A stretch of DNA of 64,000 nucleotides from Octopus bimaculoides (GCF_001194135.2 NC_068987.1:4601743-4665742); one strand, 5' to 3'. Counted from the first letter of the stretch, positions 24,506 to 38,214 are shown. A program made the numbers and translations. Notes: generated from the letters alone by a model not told the origin.

Positions 24506-25960
24506 TATCACAGATCAAGATGGGAAGGATGACTTCCCTTTGCAAATACAGACAGGACACAGATGTGTGTCAATAGCCAGCTGGAGGAGATGTTCTCCTG
24601 GGGCTAAAAGCAACAGTAACATTGTTAGGGTTTAGCCGCATTTAAGTGGCAAATATACTTCACGTTATTAATATGTACTAATTTTATCTTCATTATTATT
24701 TTAAACTTAAACTTCGTTCAACTTGTATTTAAAACANNNNNNNNNNNNNNNNNNNNNNNNNNNNNNNNNNNNNNNNNNNNNNNNNNNNNNNNNNNNNNNN
24801 NNNNNNNNNNNNNNNNNNNNNNNNNNNNNNNNNNNNNNNNNNNNNNNNNNNNNNNNNNNNNNNNNNNNNNNNNNNNNNNNNNNNNNNNNNNNNNNNNNNN
24901 NNNNNNNNNNNNNNNNNNNNNNNNNNNNNNNNNNNNNNNNNNNNNNNNNNNNNNNNNNNNNNNNNNNNNNNNNNNNNNNNNNNNNNNNNNNNNNNNNNNN
25001 NNNNNNNNNNNNNNNNNNNNNNNNNNNNNNNNNNNNNNNNNNNNNNNNNNNNNNNNNNNNNNNNNNNNNNNNNNNNNNNNNNNNNNNNNNNNNNNNNNNN
25101 NNNNNNNNNNNNNNNNNNNNNNNNNNNNNNNNNNNNNNNNNNNNNNNNNNNNNNNNNNNNNNNNNNNNNNNNNNNNNNNNNNNNNNNNNNNNNNNNNNNN
25201 NNNNNNNNNNNNNNNNNNNNNNNNNNNNNNNNNTTATCTGCCAACAGCTGTTCCCTCTTCAAACAATCTCTAATACTAAGATAATATTTGTGAAAACCTT
25301 GAACAGGAATGCTTTGTTGATGGGTTTCCCCCCTGCTGTTATAATATCTGCTCCGTTATCTATGCCTTCGTTGTTTTATCATTAATATCATTTTTTTTTT
25401 TCCTTTCCACTCCATTTTCTCAAAATACTAGAAATAACCAAATGTACCAAGTTTCACCCTAATATAACGAACCCATTATTTATATATTACCAAGAAGCTA
25501 TTTTGGTGTATTGAAAGCTACAGGAACCTGGAATCTTCTGGGTAAAACTAGCTAAAACTGGTGTAAACTGGTGTGAAATTAGTTAATCAAGGTAAAGGTA
25601 GTTAAACCATGGTAAAATTAGCCAATCTGGTTTAAACTGGCATGGAACCAGTTGATCGTAATGAAATATAAGTCAGCATTATTATCGCTGCCATCACCGT
25701 CATCATCGTCATTTAATGTCCATTTTGCATGTTGGTATGGGTTGGACAGTTTGATAGGAGCTGGTAAGGCCAAGGGTTGCATCAGGCTTCATTGTATGTT
25801 TTGCCATGGTTTTTTTATGACTGGATGCCCTTCCTAATGCCAACCACTTTACAGAGGGTACTGGGAGCTTTTTATGTGACACCAGCATTTGAAGTACTTG
25901 AATGATACTTCAATTTTTTTCAAACCACAAAAGAATGAAAGGCAAAAACAACAACATTAC

Positions 25961-25995
<35 letters not shown>

Positions 25996-25999
25996 AAAC

Positions 26000-26071
26000 C
26001 TCATTTTCTTGTCGCCTCTTTTCTTCTTCAGCAGCAGCAGCTTCGGCTGCAGCAGCAGCAGCAGCAGCGTC
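26000..26071 (-). CDS. Coding exon 5 (24 codons, DAAAAAAAAEAAAAEEEKRRQENE)
   Basis: Acceptor ctcatcttttgcag|GAC, donor GAG|GTTTGT, phase 0/0. Confidence 0.82.
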
Positions 26072-27273
26072 CTGCAAAAGATGAGAGCAACAGAGTTTTA
26101 GCTTATGATAAACATGATGGCAAACCTTAGAACGGAAAATGACAGAAAATAAATACAGGGAAATAATTGTTAAAATCATCAACAGATCTTTTATTGGTTA
26201 TTCGTTCATCTGAACTTATACAAGTGGCTGAGAATTCTACAGACTCTTGTACTTGTAACGTGATCCTCAAGCAGAATCATCATGCTACAGCATGTAACAA
26301 AACTGGTCCCTTCAATTACAGGCACAGTTTCTCCAGTGAGTAGCTGCACTGTTTCTATCTACCAATGAATTTACTCGTAAAAAGTTTAAGTTAACAAGAG
26401 GTTGTAGTGGAATACATTTGCGAAAAGGGCTGTGAAATAGGATCAAATGAGAGCCCTTGCACTTGTGAAGTAAAAACCTTCACCGTTTCACCAAATGTGT
26501 ATTCAGTTTTTGCATACATGCACATATACATACATATATACATGCAAGCAAAAAAGTGCACATATGCAAGAAAACCAAAGTCTCATAGATACAGTATGAA
26601 GATATACTGAAGACCATATGCAACCAGACAAACTGACACAGCTATAGACATAAATATAATTACTCACAAAATCATAGAATTATGTGAAGTTATAATTCAT
26701 GGCCCCTTTATTTACATATTGATTTATTTATTTGTCTCTTCAAGAAACCAAATTTAAAACCAAGTCTCAGATAACTAACTCTTGTAGCTTGTAAAAATCA
26801 AAAAATAATTCCTGCCAGTATGTCTGTGTGTGTCTGTGTGTGTCTGTGTGTCTGTATGTCTGTGTATGTCTGTGTGTGTGTATATGTGAGCATGCATGTG
26901 TGTGTTAGTGTTTTACCATTGTTACGTAGATAAAGTGCATTAATCCAAATGCACAGTGTCTTGTATCTGCACTGTCTGTAATTTTGGTAGACAATGGACA
27001 AAAGAGACATTATTGACAGACTGTCAGAGAGAAAAATATGGAGATTATCAAAAAAATAACACAGAAGCTAATAAACTGGAAAAGCTAAAGAAAAGGAAAA
27101 AAAAAACAAATCTTGGACTATTTTGCTTTACCAACAACCATATACATATACATATATATATGTGTGTATATATATATGTATATATATATACATCTTGGTC
27201 TATCTTGTCTTAGCAAAAACTATATATATACATATATATACACATATATTCCTTGGACTACTTTTGTCTTAAC

Positions 27274-27306
<33 letters not shown>

Positions 27307-28050
27307 TNNNNNNNNNNNNNNNNNNNNNNNNNNNNNNNNNNNNNNNNNNNNNNNNNNNNNNNNNNNNNNNNNNNNNNNNNNNNNNNNNNNNNNNNNNNNN
27401 NNNNNNNNNNNNNNNNNNNNNNNNNNNNNNNNNNNNNNNNNNNNNNNNNNNNNNNNNNNNNNNNNNNNNNNNNNNNNNNNNNNNNNNNNNNNNNNNNNNN
27501 NNNNNNNNNNNNNNNNNNNNNNNNNNNNNNNNNNNNNNNNNNNNNNNNNNNNNNNNNNNNNNNNNNNNNNNNNNNNNNNNNNNNNNNNNNNNNNNNNNNN
27601 NNNNNNNNNNNNNNNNNNNNNNNNNNNNNNNNNNNNNNNNNNNNNNNNNNNNNNNNNNNNNNNNNNNNNNNNNNNNNNNNNNNNNNNNNNNNNNNNNNNN
27701 NNNNNNNNNNNNNNNNNNNNNNNNNNNNNNNNNNNNNNNNNNNNNNNNNNNNNNNNNNNNNNNNNNNNNNNNNNNNNNNNNNNNNNNNNNNNNNNNNNNN
27801 NNNNNNNNNNNNNNNNNNNNNNNNNNNNNNNNNNNNNNNNNNNNNNNNNNNNNNNNNNNNNNNNNNNNNNNNNNNNNNNNNNNNNNNNNNNNNNNNNNNN
27901 NNNNNNNNNNNNNNNNNNNNNNNNNNNNNNNNNNNNNNNNNNNNNNNNNNNNNNNNNNNNNNNNNNNNNNNNNNNNNNNNNNNNNNNNNNNNNNNNNNNN
28001 NNNNNNNNNNNNNNNNNNNNNNNNNNNNNNNNNNNNNNNNNNNNNNNNNN

Positions 28051-28091
<41 letters not shown>

Positions 28092-30674
28092 AATTTGCAT
28101 GTAAATGAGAAAAGAGGAGGATATAAAACTAATACTGAGGTTCATGCAGAAAGGAAAAATGAAAGTGCAAAAAGGAAAGGGTAATATATATACAAAAGAA
28201 TAAGGGATAAGGTGAGAGAGAAAAGGGGGGGGAGGTAAAGGGAGATGGGGAAAATAAGGAGTCACACCTGGAAGAAAAGAAAAATAATTGTGTGGCAGAA
28301 TTTAAAAAAACCATGTGAATATTAAGTAGATGCTGGTGCGATCAGAGATCAAACCTGGAAGAAGAGTAGGACAAAAGAGGAAAATTCTAGGAATAGTTTG
28401 ACTGTGAACCTCCACACACAGACACACAAAGGGAATTAGTAAAATATTGGTTGACTTATGGCCCCTAGATTTGACCAGGTAACAGCTAGTCCACTTTCTA
28501 AATTCTATTTAAAAACAGAGCAGCAAATGGCCCTTAATTTTAATGGGATGTAGCTGCTAGTCTTAGCTGTTAAACTAACTAGCCTTAGTTGGTTTGTTTT
28601 ATGTCTTTTTGACCCCTAAATTTTTTAGGGTTAGCAAGCTAGGTCTAGTAAGCTACAGGACTGTCTAATATTAAATTGGCCAGCACAGAAAGACCCCTAA
28701 AATCTTTTAAGGACAGCAAGCTAGATCTAGTAAGTAATCTAATCTACAAGTCCATCTCTGAAGGGGGTCAATGTCCCATCAGGCAATAAAATAATTTTGT
28801 AGATGTGTCAGCCCCTGTGACACCAGACTTGCCTGGGACCAACCACAAATGCGAACAGTAAAACTCTCACACAAAAACACAAGCTTTATTGAGTCAGACG
28901 TTGTGACTCTCCAGCACAGAAATGTGTTACACTTGGAGCAAATGTTCTGCTGCTGAAAGTAACGAGAAAGAATCTACAATAAAACTGTTGCAACTTCCAG
29001 ATATCTCTCCAACCCATTCTCAAGTTTCTTCAGTCTTTCTTAAGGATTATTTTCTTTCTCGGTTATTTGCTCCAAAATAATAAACATAACTGGTTTAAGT
29101 CACCACAGAAAATTATCCAGCTGAATGGCTCTCAGTAAAATTTGTGCAAAGAGAAAGCTTCTATGCAAGACTCTCAATAAGGGGTTAACAAAACGAAATT
29201 ATTCTTATAGAACAAGTTTCAGTAGAATCACTTGTCTTGTTAGATTCTTTTCAACTGGCTACTTTTTCCACTGAACATAAATATTTGCCATTTGAGCCTT
29301 GGAATTATCAAAATAGTTGTTTCAGAACAACACTATTTGTTCTATTCTTAATTTGCTCAAGTGTAAGAAATGCCTGGCCAAATAACGGTTTAGTGATCTG
29401 TCGAAAGAAAAGAATATAAAAAGAAAAAAAAAGGAAGAAAAAAGAAATTCACAATGAACATTTTCAGTCAATGGTTTTTAGCCTTTAGTTATGGCATCAC
29501 ATTTTCTGCAATATTAATGAACTTCTGACCAGGTAATCATGAACCAAGTTTTCATGCAATGACTGTGGTGAAATGCTACTGGGGAAAACTACAGTTTACT
29601 GAAAGAAGTCCAGCTCTGCCTGTCTGGCAATGAGGAGGATCTGACACCAAATTCACTGCTTAATGATTAAGGATAAAATAACTGACCAGTTGTTGATACC
29701 ACTGACCCCCCCCCCTGTAGTGTGAATGCTTAAATTTACACTAAAAAAAAAAAAACTCTGCCAATATGGAAAAAATATCATCATAGCTTAACATCCACTT
29801 TTCCATGCTTGCATGGGTTAGATGAAATTTGGAGAGTTGGATTTTCTACAGCTGGATGTCTTTACTGTCACCAATGCCCACCTGTTTCCAAGCAACATAA
29901 TATTCCTCCATGACCAGACATGTTTTCATGGAAGATTGGAAACAAAAGATGCTGCTTGTATGACAGTGACTCTCATTTACAACATTCACGGAATCAAGGC
30001 AAGGAGAAACACTCACACAATGAGCTTCTTTCAGTTTCCATCAACCAAATCCACTCACAAGGCTTTTGCTGGCCTGGGGCTATAATAGAAAACTGTTGCC
30101 CATAGTCCCATGCAATGGAACTGAAACCAAGACCATGTGGTTGAAAAATAAACTCCTTAATCACACAGCCAAGCCTGCACCTATATGTAGAATCTCTTTC
30201 AGTCTTTTAGGTAGCATTCAGGATATTGTGCCAAGTGCACCAATTACCACAAGAATAATTGTCTTGGTCTTCCAGTCTTCTTAACTCTGTGGGTGAATCC
30301 TGATATTTCTTAATTTTTTTCAATTTCTTTGGTAGACTTATGATAGGAAATTACAGTGTATAATCTTACACTGTTTACTACTACTACTACTATTACTACT
30401 ACTACTACTGCTACTACTACTTATTTTTATTATTATTTATATATTATTTATTTATTTACATTTTAGGTGAAGACATGAATTTCAAATAAAAATCTTTTGC
30501 ACCCAAAATTATTATTAATTATTATTTATATTTTTATATTGTAGTTAGTAATAAAGGATGGCCATAAATGAAGCTAGACCATTGTGAAATGTTCATTGTT
30601 TGTTTGGAAGTCTATAGACCAAGTCTATACTAGGAGAAATCTCACAGCAAGTCTATTAGGAACCATAAACAAAC

Positions 30675-30719
30675 CTCTTCTTCTTTCCGTCTGCGTTCTT
30701 CAGCAGCAGCAGCACCGTC
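30675..30719 (-). CDS. Coding exon 4 (15 codons, DGAAAAEERRRKEEE)
   Basis: Acceptor ctttgattctacag|GAC, donor GAG|GTTTGT, phase 0/0; resembles exon 5. Confidence 0.82.
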
Positions 30720-32890
30720 CTGTAGAATCAAAGTAGAACAATTTTTGCCTTTTTTAATTGTTAGTCCAAAGATTACTAGTTGCATGACAGTAGTTTACTT
30801 TAAATAATGGGCTACGAGGTGGACTTATCAAAAAACTAAGTCGTCTTAAATAAAGCAATGGAGGTCTTAGACTTGGACAACTGAAAAATAAGTTACTAAC
30901 TTAAAATTTATTGTTTCTTAAGTAAAGTTACAAAACGGTTATAAATGTTCCTTATTTGCGGATTTTTGATTTTAGATTTGGCAACCAAATCCAAAAAAGA
31001 GAAGGATTATCATTATTCTTTAAGTGGAACACTTGAAAATTGCTAACCGTAATTGAATGAAAGCTGAGGTAATGTTAAAAATATCCACAAATAAAGAATT
31101 TATCAACGTGGTGTTGCATTTGCACTCTTACTGTTCACCACTAACATGTGTGTATGTGTATATACACACACATACGCACAAGCATATATATTACATAACA
31201 AAAGTAAACTACATTAACTACAAAATAAACATTATTTCTTTTAATAATGATTGATGTTAAACATGTTTAAAGTGTTAAATATAATGTTAAATTTAGTTTG
31301 TATTTTTGGTCTTTTTTTTTTTACATTCAGACTCAAAAAGCTGAAAAAGAAAGGCATTGTTTGATAAAATGCAGAAAATAATTTCTTATCACAGAAACCA
31401 ATCTCAAACTATAACCAGGTTTAAAATATCTAAATAACTATTTCAGTACTTGTATAATACTTAAATCTAAATTATTAAATTAATAATAAGAAGAAGAGAA
31501 GGTAGAATTGGCAAATTAAGGTTGATTCTATTCCAAGTCAAACATTTTCAAAGTTGGATTATGCAGATGTATGAGTAACAGTTCATGTTTTTAGCTAAAA
31601 TTTATTGTTAAAGAAAAGAATAGAAATAGGATAGAATAATAATGGCAAGTAAGAATTCTTTGTAGAATTTTAGCATACAGAACGTTGTAATCTGATAGTT
31701 GAGAGCAACACAGCAGGTGATAGATTCTATACTTGCAGAAGCTACAAATCTCAAAGAAATTTGGGATTTGGAAGCTGTTACATAAATCACCTCAATTTTC
31801 TGTAATGATTCACAACTCGTTAAGCCCGACGAATAATTTTGAACTTTTAGTTGTCTGCTGCAAGAGATCTTGTAATGAGAGCTCAACATGTTTAAGAATA
31901 CAAATATGAGCAGAAATAACTGTTTTATAAATAATTGTTTCAAAGAAACTTCTTCATATAATCTTCAGTTCCCTCAGAGTACTCTTGTTAATTAATAACT
32001 TGTCACCTGTAATCAAAGAAACCTTTTACCTTTTAGAAAGGTCTCTCTGATTACGGCTGGCAATCATGCTCCATATGCCAAGCTGTCCTCTATTTGTTTA
32101 ACACCAGGTCATTTCTGATTAAGTAAACTTATGATCAAAGGTGATCCAACCAGGAACATCCCAGCTTTCTTTTTATATCCAGGACAACATTTTATAATGT
32201 GTCTTTCCTTTTCTTTTTTAAGACTTGAGACAGTTGGGTGCTATTTCTAGCATATCAGGACATGTAAGCCCTTTCATTGGCTTGCATGTGGTCTTATCGA
32301 AGCCCATAGGAGATATACTTTGATGCAGTTTTCTGTATAGCAGACTGAGAACATGGCACTTAATCTGTTTTTGACTGTGCAGAACAATTAGCAGTGAATC
32401 TGGAAGAGACAGGCCGAGCCAGTTCTATTAATTGAGAGTAGCTTCAATTTATCTAGACTAAGAAAAGAATTTCAAGATAGAGAGGCAGTTAGTTGACCTT
32501 CAGTTATTTTTGGCATGTATGTACGTGTTTTATCAAGGTTGGAATAAAAAAGAAAATGGCTTTGGTCACTCGACTAGTCAATGTGTGGTGGAAACATGAG
32601 AGAGAAGCACCAACAATGAACTCTGAAGGAATTATCTTTAGAGAATATTTTATCAAAGGTCAAATAATTTTGGTTACATATCATATATTTGTATTGTTCT
32701 TACAACTAACAAAAGCCATGGCTCAAGATAACCACCGTACGACTGCTTTGCTGATGTGAATGGTTTAGTTTAACTGGACGATCAATTTAAGAGAGAGGAA
32801 CAAAACTATAAGTTAATTAATTAAACACTTAAATACTAATGATGTCTTACAGATTTCATATAGAATACACAAGTGAGTAAATGCACAAAA

Positions 32891-32953
<63 letters not shown>

Positions 32954-33989
32954 CTTCATCAAATGTTAATTATTAAGACTCAGGCCATGCTACTCATGGC
33001 CATGGAAATTATGTAAAATAAAATTTAAAATACTCTGTAAAAACAAAATCAAGAAATACCTGCATTCACAAAGTAATTAATTAAGAAACAAAATACTTTT
33101 GTAGATGGGGGCTAATATTATAGTAACTAATCAACAAGTTTGTCTTTAAGTATCAGAGAAATCAAGTTAGTAGAATGAATATCAAACTGGCTCAGAGAAT
33201 AGGAAATATTTATTTGTTTATTTAAGACAATGAATCAGAAATGGTAAAACAGTGGAACCAAATATTCTTACCATCTTAATGACAAAATTGTTTTACTAAA
33301 TTCTTCATTGTTTTTAAGATTAATTGAAACAAAGGCAATGGATTTCAATAGAAATATGGTAAGAAAAAGAGTAAAATCTTAAAATTAAACAAAAATCAAT
33401 GGTATTTTGTTTCCTTTGGTGCCTTATTAAGAATGATCTTAATCTAAACATTTAATCAGAAATGGAAACTATAAATGAAAACACAAAAACAATTATGCTT
33501 ACAATCTGTAAAAAAATATTATATATGTATATATAGTATATAAATATATGAAAAGGATAAACATTTGTGATGTATAAGGGAGTGTATATGCAATCAACTT
33601 TTCACTGGATGGTACTAAAATGTGGAATTATTTGTAATAATAAATCTAAATAGTATGCTGATGATACAAAGCTTTTAATGGTTTTGCACCATACAATACA
33701 ATTATTGTAGTAAATCTCATTTGTGTCTGCAGGGATCAGGGTACAAACAGCAATTCATTGAATTGTGGTATTTTTTTAAGCATGCAAAATAAAATCTTTA
33801 AAAGAGGAAAAAATAAGGATTGAAAATAAATTAAGAGAAATGTTAAATTTGGGGGAGATTTAGTTTGTGTCCATAAATACCCTCTTTTCTTTTTATTTTA
33901 TTTTTGTGGAATACCATCAAAAGAAATATTTTTTCAATAATTAATTAATTTTCAGCAATATCAGAGATAATCATTTTTCATTTGTTTGA

Positions 33990-34323
33990 CAGACATATGT
34001 TACTGGCACATAAAAATCACCATTCGAGTGTGGTCATTGTCAGTGCCACCTGACTGGCTCCTGTATTGGTGGCACATAAAAAGCACCATTCAAGCTTGTC
34101 AATGCCAATACTGCCTGACTGGCCCTCGTGTCAATGGCATGTAAAAAAAGCACCCACTACGCTCTTGGAGTGGTTGGCATGAGGAAGGGCATCCAGCTGT
34201 GGACACTTTGCCAGATCAGATTGAAGCCTAGTGCAGCCTTCTGGCTTGCCAGTCCTCAGTCAAACTGTCCAACCCATGCCAGCATGGAAAATGGACGTTA
34301 AACAATGATGATGATGATGATGA
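33990..34323 (+). mobile_element. Repeat family D (LINE-tail-like/SINE ending in (GAT)n)
   Basis: aggaagggcatccagctgt..ccaacccatgccagcatgg..gatgatgat. Reverse-orientation fragments near 15090, 23205, 25690, 29775, 38520, 41985 and 61500. Confidence 0.75.
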
Positions 34324-34720
34324 ATTCTCTTGTTAAAACCTGGTCAGAGAAGTAATGTACAGGTGAGAGACAAATACCTGTTTACTTCTATAGCAAGTCA
34401 CACCTGAATGACTCCACAACATGAATAGTGCTGATAATCCAGAGATCAAATGCTAAATCAGTTAATCCAGCAAGTAGGGCCTCACACCAGTGAAGTGGGG
34501 GGGGGACAGCTGGTGCACTGTAAAGCTATGGAAAGGAAGGCCCTAGAGAAGAGCTACTTGCTCAAATGGCTGAGTATTCCAAAGAAATATGTCCTCAAAT
34601 CACAGTTTAGATCACCATGTGTGTATGTGTTTTCTTTTATTCTTTTATTTGTTTCAGTCATTTGACTGTGGCCATGTTGGGGCACTGCCTTTAGCTGAAG
34701 AAATCGACCCCAAGTCTTAT

Positions 34721-34941
34721 ACATTATTTACATTATTTACATTTGACGGATATTTGTCTTCATCATGTTTGTTGTCAACACAACGTTTCGGCTGATATAC
34801 CCTCCAGCCTTCGTCAGGTGTCTTGGGGAAATTTCGAACCTGGGTTCTCATTCCTAACGATGTTACTATTATTATCCGTCAAATGTAAATAATGTAAATA
34901 ATGTAAATAATTCCTCATCTCTTAAATATAGAACTGTATTA
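34721..34941. mobile_element. Same SINE family, copy 2, 5'-truncated with inversion, nested in another SINE
   Basis: 12-bp TSD CCCAAGTCTTAT (34709-34720 / 34942-34953) and a perfect 32-bp inverted repeat (34721-34752 / 34873-34904). Confidence 0.85.
34777..34822 (-). ncRNA. Minimal type I hammerhead ribozyme motif within a SINE/PLE-like insertion
   Basis: GACAC-CTGACGA-A-GGCTG/gagggtatat/CAGCC-GAAA-CG-TT|GTGTT: core intact, helix III reduced to the ACGT palindrome. Confidence 0.7.
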
Positions 34942-35264
34942 CCCAAGTCTTATTTTTTGTAAGCGCAGTACTTATTCTGTCGGTCTCTTTTGCTGAACTG
35001 CTAAATTACAAGGATGTAAACACACCAACATCGGTTGTCAAGCGATTGTGGAGGAACAAGCACAGACACACAAACATATAAATATATACGATGGGCTTCG
35101 TTCAGTTTCCATCTACCACATCCACTCACAAGGCTTTGGTCGGCCTGAGGCCATAGTAGAAGACACTTGCCCAAGGTGCCATGCTGTGGGACTGAACCCG
35201 TAACCATGTGGTCGAGAAGCAAGCTCCATACCACACAGCCACTTCCATGTGTATATATAATAGT

Positions 35265-35582
35265 GAAGACACATGGCTCAGTGGGTAGGTTAATCGGCTC
35301 ACAATCATAAGATCATGAGTTCGATTCCTGGTAGTACATTGCGTCCTTGAGCAAGACACTTTATTTCACATTGCTCTAGTCCACTCAGCTGGCAAAAATG
35401 AGTTGTACATGTATTTCAAAAGGACCAGCCTTGTCACATTCTGTGTCACACTGAATCTCCCTAAGAACTATTTGAAGGGTACACATGTCTGTGGAGTGCT
35501 CAGCCACTTGCATGTTAATTCCACAAGTAGGCTGTTCTGTTGATCAAATAACTGGACCACTCAACATCATAACTGATGGATT

Positions 35583-35585
<3 letters not shown>
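35265..35585 (+). mobile_element. tRNA-derived SINE family E
   Basis: Head tggctcagtgggtagg..gagttcgattcc, body ttgagcaagacacttt..ccactcagctg; related copies at about 39240-39520 (+) and 40760-41005 (-). Confidence 0.8.
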
Positions 35586-35623
<38 letters not shown>

Positions 35624-36720
35624 TACACACACACAACGTATACATACAAATATCCAATTCTTAATATAGCCTTAGATGCTTGTAGCATCTCCAACATTTA
35701 CGGAAAATTAAGTTGATAAACAAAAATTGCATCAGAAAATTTTTTTTATATATATATATATATATCTTTAATACTTTCAGTTCCTGTAGGTCACTTTGCT
35801 AATATTAAAGGTATTTCAAAAGGAACCATCTCACTGCAAAATACAAACACACGTTTGGAAAAGAGCAAATTGGAGCTTATCAACTGCTATCATTTGCATT
35901 GCTGTTTTTAAAAACTGTAGAATCACAGAATGTCACAGAATGTCACAGCATATTTCATTGTTTTCAACATTGAAGCTAGTCTCTTTGCATTCCATGTTTT
36001 ATTCTATGATGCAGTTTTTACGAAACTATGTCGTTTATTCAGAGAATTTCCTGAACATAATGAGTCTGAATGTGTAAGAGTCTTTTCTTTATTTATTTAT
36101 TTAGCATTACCATCATCAGATATCTAAAGTCAGACAAACAAATGGAGAAAACTGCTGTTAACAATCAGGAAATATCATTACAGCTACAGAAAAATGAAAA
36201 ATATATAACCAGTGTAACAATCTTCAGAAAAACCTACATTTTGCAAACCTAGATTGCCTTGTGCAAATGTAGGTTTAAGAAAAGCAGTATTGATGGCGCA
36301 AGTTTATTGTTTTTCTTTCTTCGAAATCTTGAGTAATGTGCCAGCAGGTGTCAGGAAATAAATAAAATAAATGCAGACAAACAGTCAGACAGAAGGAAGG
36401 AAAGACGTAGAGAACACTACAGAGATATTGTTTGCAGTATTTTCGACTTTGGCAAACAATCAACTAGTTGACATTTTTTTTTCTAAAGCAAGTTGAGATA
36501 TTGAGACATTTATTATTATTATTGTTACTACTACTGTTACTACTATTATTACTACTACTACAACTAGCTGTATCTATTGTGTGCTTTCACTGTATAGCAC
36601 AACTCAAAACATCATGTTCTCTTATGTATTAAAAGGACCCTATGCAATGACTGTGCATTATGTCCTGTATGTTGTATATATGTGTAAAATATATATATAT
36701 ATCATATATATATATATATA

Positions 36721-36908
36721 AGGCGGTGAGCTGGTAGAAACGTTAGCATTCCGGGCAAAATGCTTAGCAGCATTTCATCTGTGTTTACGTTCTGAGTTCG
36801 AATTCCACCAAGGTCAACTTTGCCTTTCATCCTTTCAAGTACTGAGGTCGATCTAATTAACTGGCCCCTCCCCAAAAGTTTCGGGCCTTGTGCCTAGAGC
36901 AGAAAAGA
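36721..36908 (+). mobile_element. SINE family A copy
   Basis: Head aggcggtgagctggtagaaacgttagc; body gtcaactttgcctttcatcc. Confidence 0.88.
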
Positions 36909-37784
36909 ATATATATGTGTGTGTGTGTGTGTGTAAGTCTTGGGATCTTGATATTTATTATTATTTTGCCTGGGAGGGGCAGGCAATTTTTATTTGTCTA
37001 GTGGCTGTAGTGAACGAGGTAGTATGGTGGACCCGTTTGAAAGGACTAGACAGACACTTTCCTCTCTGGCCAAGCCCTCATCAACATTTTTCAAGTTTCA
37101 CTTGAAAAGGAAGTTGAGGGTGGAGAGGGAAGTGTTGCCTTGTAGCAAGTTTGTTGAAAGGTGAGTGAATGCTGGGAGAATGGTCAGTGTGAAAGGACCA
37201 ACTCTGAGCTTGCACCTATAAAAAGGGAATCAAAGGAGAAGGGCTCATGCTTTGTTGTTCATGCACCCATGGCTTTTGTGGGTTTTCCACAAGGACCTTA
37301 AAGCGCCTAATAACAGTATACTAACTCTTGTTCAGACAGACACACGCATTGAAGAAGTAGCTGTTGGTCATTAACTGGAGGTAGATGTTGAGTGCACATG
37401 CATTTAGAAGGTGTGCATTGCATATGCACACATTAATTTTAGAATTTGGGTATTGGACACAAACAGATTTAGGAAACAGGTTTTGGGTATAAACATATTC
37501 AGGAACTGGGTGTTGAACACACACATATTCAGGAGGAAAGGTGGATGTTTGGGAAACTTAATCATAAAAGGGTGGAAACTTAATCATAAAAATGGTATCA
37601 ATAATAATAATAACAATAATAAACTGAAATGATAAACAAAAACTGAAATAAGGAAGGAAAAAGTAAGAGAAAAAAAAAGAGAAGAAAATTAAAATTGAAA
37701 GAAAATTATTTTGAGAAGTCTGTATTTTGAAAGAGTTTCAGAGAAAAAGTTAAAATAACCATCAATGGCAACAGTTTGTTGGAG

Positions 37785-38214
37785 AAGCACTGGATTAACC
37801 CATTAAGCAAAATAAGAATGTGCTTAGGGCATCAAGGGAAGGAGTGGGGCACCACAGAAATGGTAAATGGTCTACGGCACAAAAGAAATCACTTTAAACT
37901 TGCTAAAATAATATTCGGGATGCCTTTATCTCAACTAAGTATAGATGCAGATGTGTTACCTAAGATTAATTTTGAGGATCTGATCAAAGATTTTGCAATT
38001 CAAAAAAGTAGGAGGAAACTTTTCGAATATAAATAAAGTGGAAGTATACAAAAATAAACATTATTTTCCCTTTTACTGTTTTGTTTCATTTTGACAAAAA
38101 TAAAAATTTATTTTATGGTTTGTTATTGTTTATATTTTAAATTACATAATTTTTTATGGGGGTACCAAGATGTTTTAAGTGCTTAGGGCCTCGATGGGTC
38201 CTAATCTGGCCCTG
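37785..38214 (+). mobile_element. Internally deleted hAT element retaining the transposase C-terminus
   Basis: LSQLSIDADVLPKINFEDLIKDFAIQKSRRKLF resembles the ZMYM1/THAP12-like hAT dimerisation-region end; 3' TIR TAATCTGGCCCTG; degenerate 5' TIR. Confidence 0.7.

Larger units (their letters stand above)
34625..35245 (-). mobile_element. SINE family B, interrupted by the hammerhead-bearing insertion
   Basis: Colinear with 8960-9346 on both sides of 34721-34941. Confidence 0.88.

Noticed and set aside
31608-31943. 111-aa minus-strand ORF as an extra exon
   Set aside because: Available splice sites give phase 2/0, incompatible with the flanking phase-0 exons; no recognisable homology.
37100-37310. 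Possible decayed LINE endonuclease fragment or TATA box (TATAAAAAGGG)
   Set aside because: Only a faint resemblance (..VVHAP..) across broken frames; not supportable without a search.
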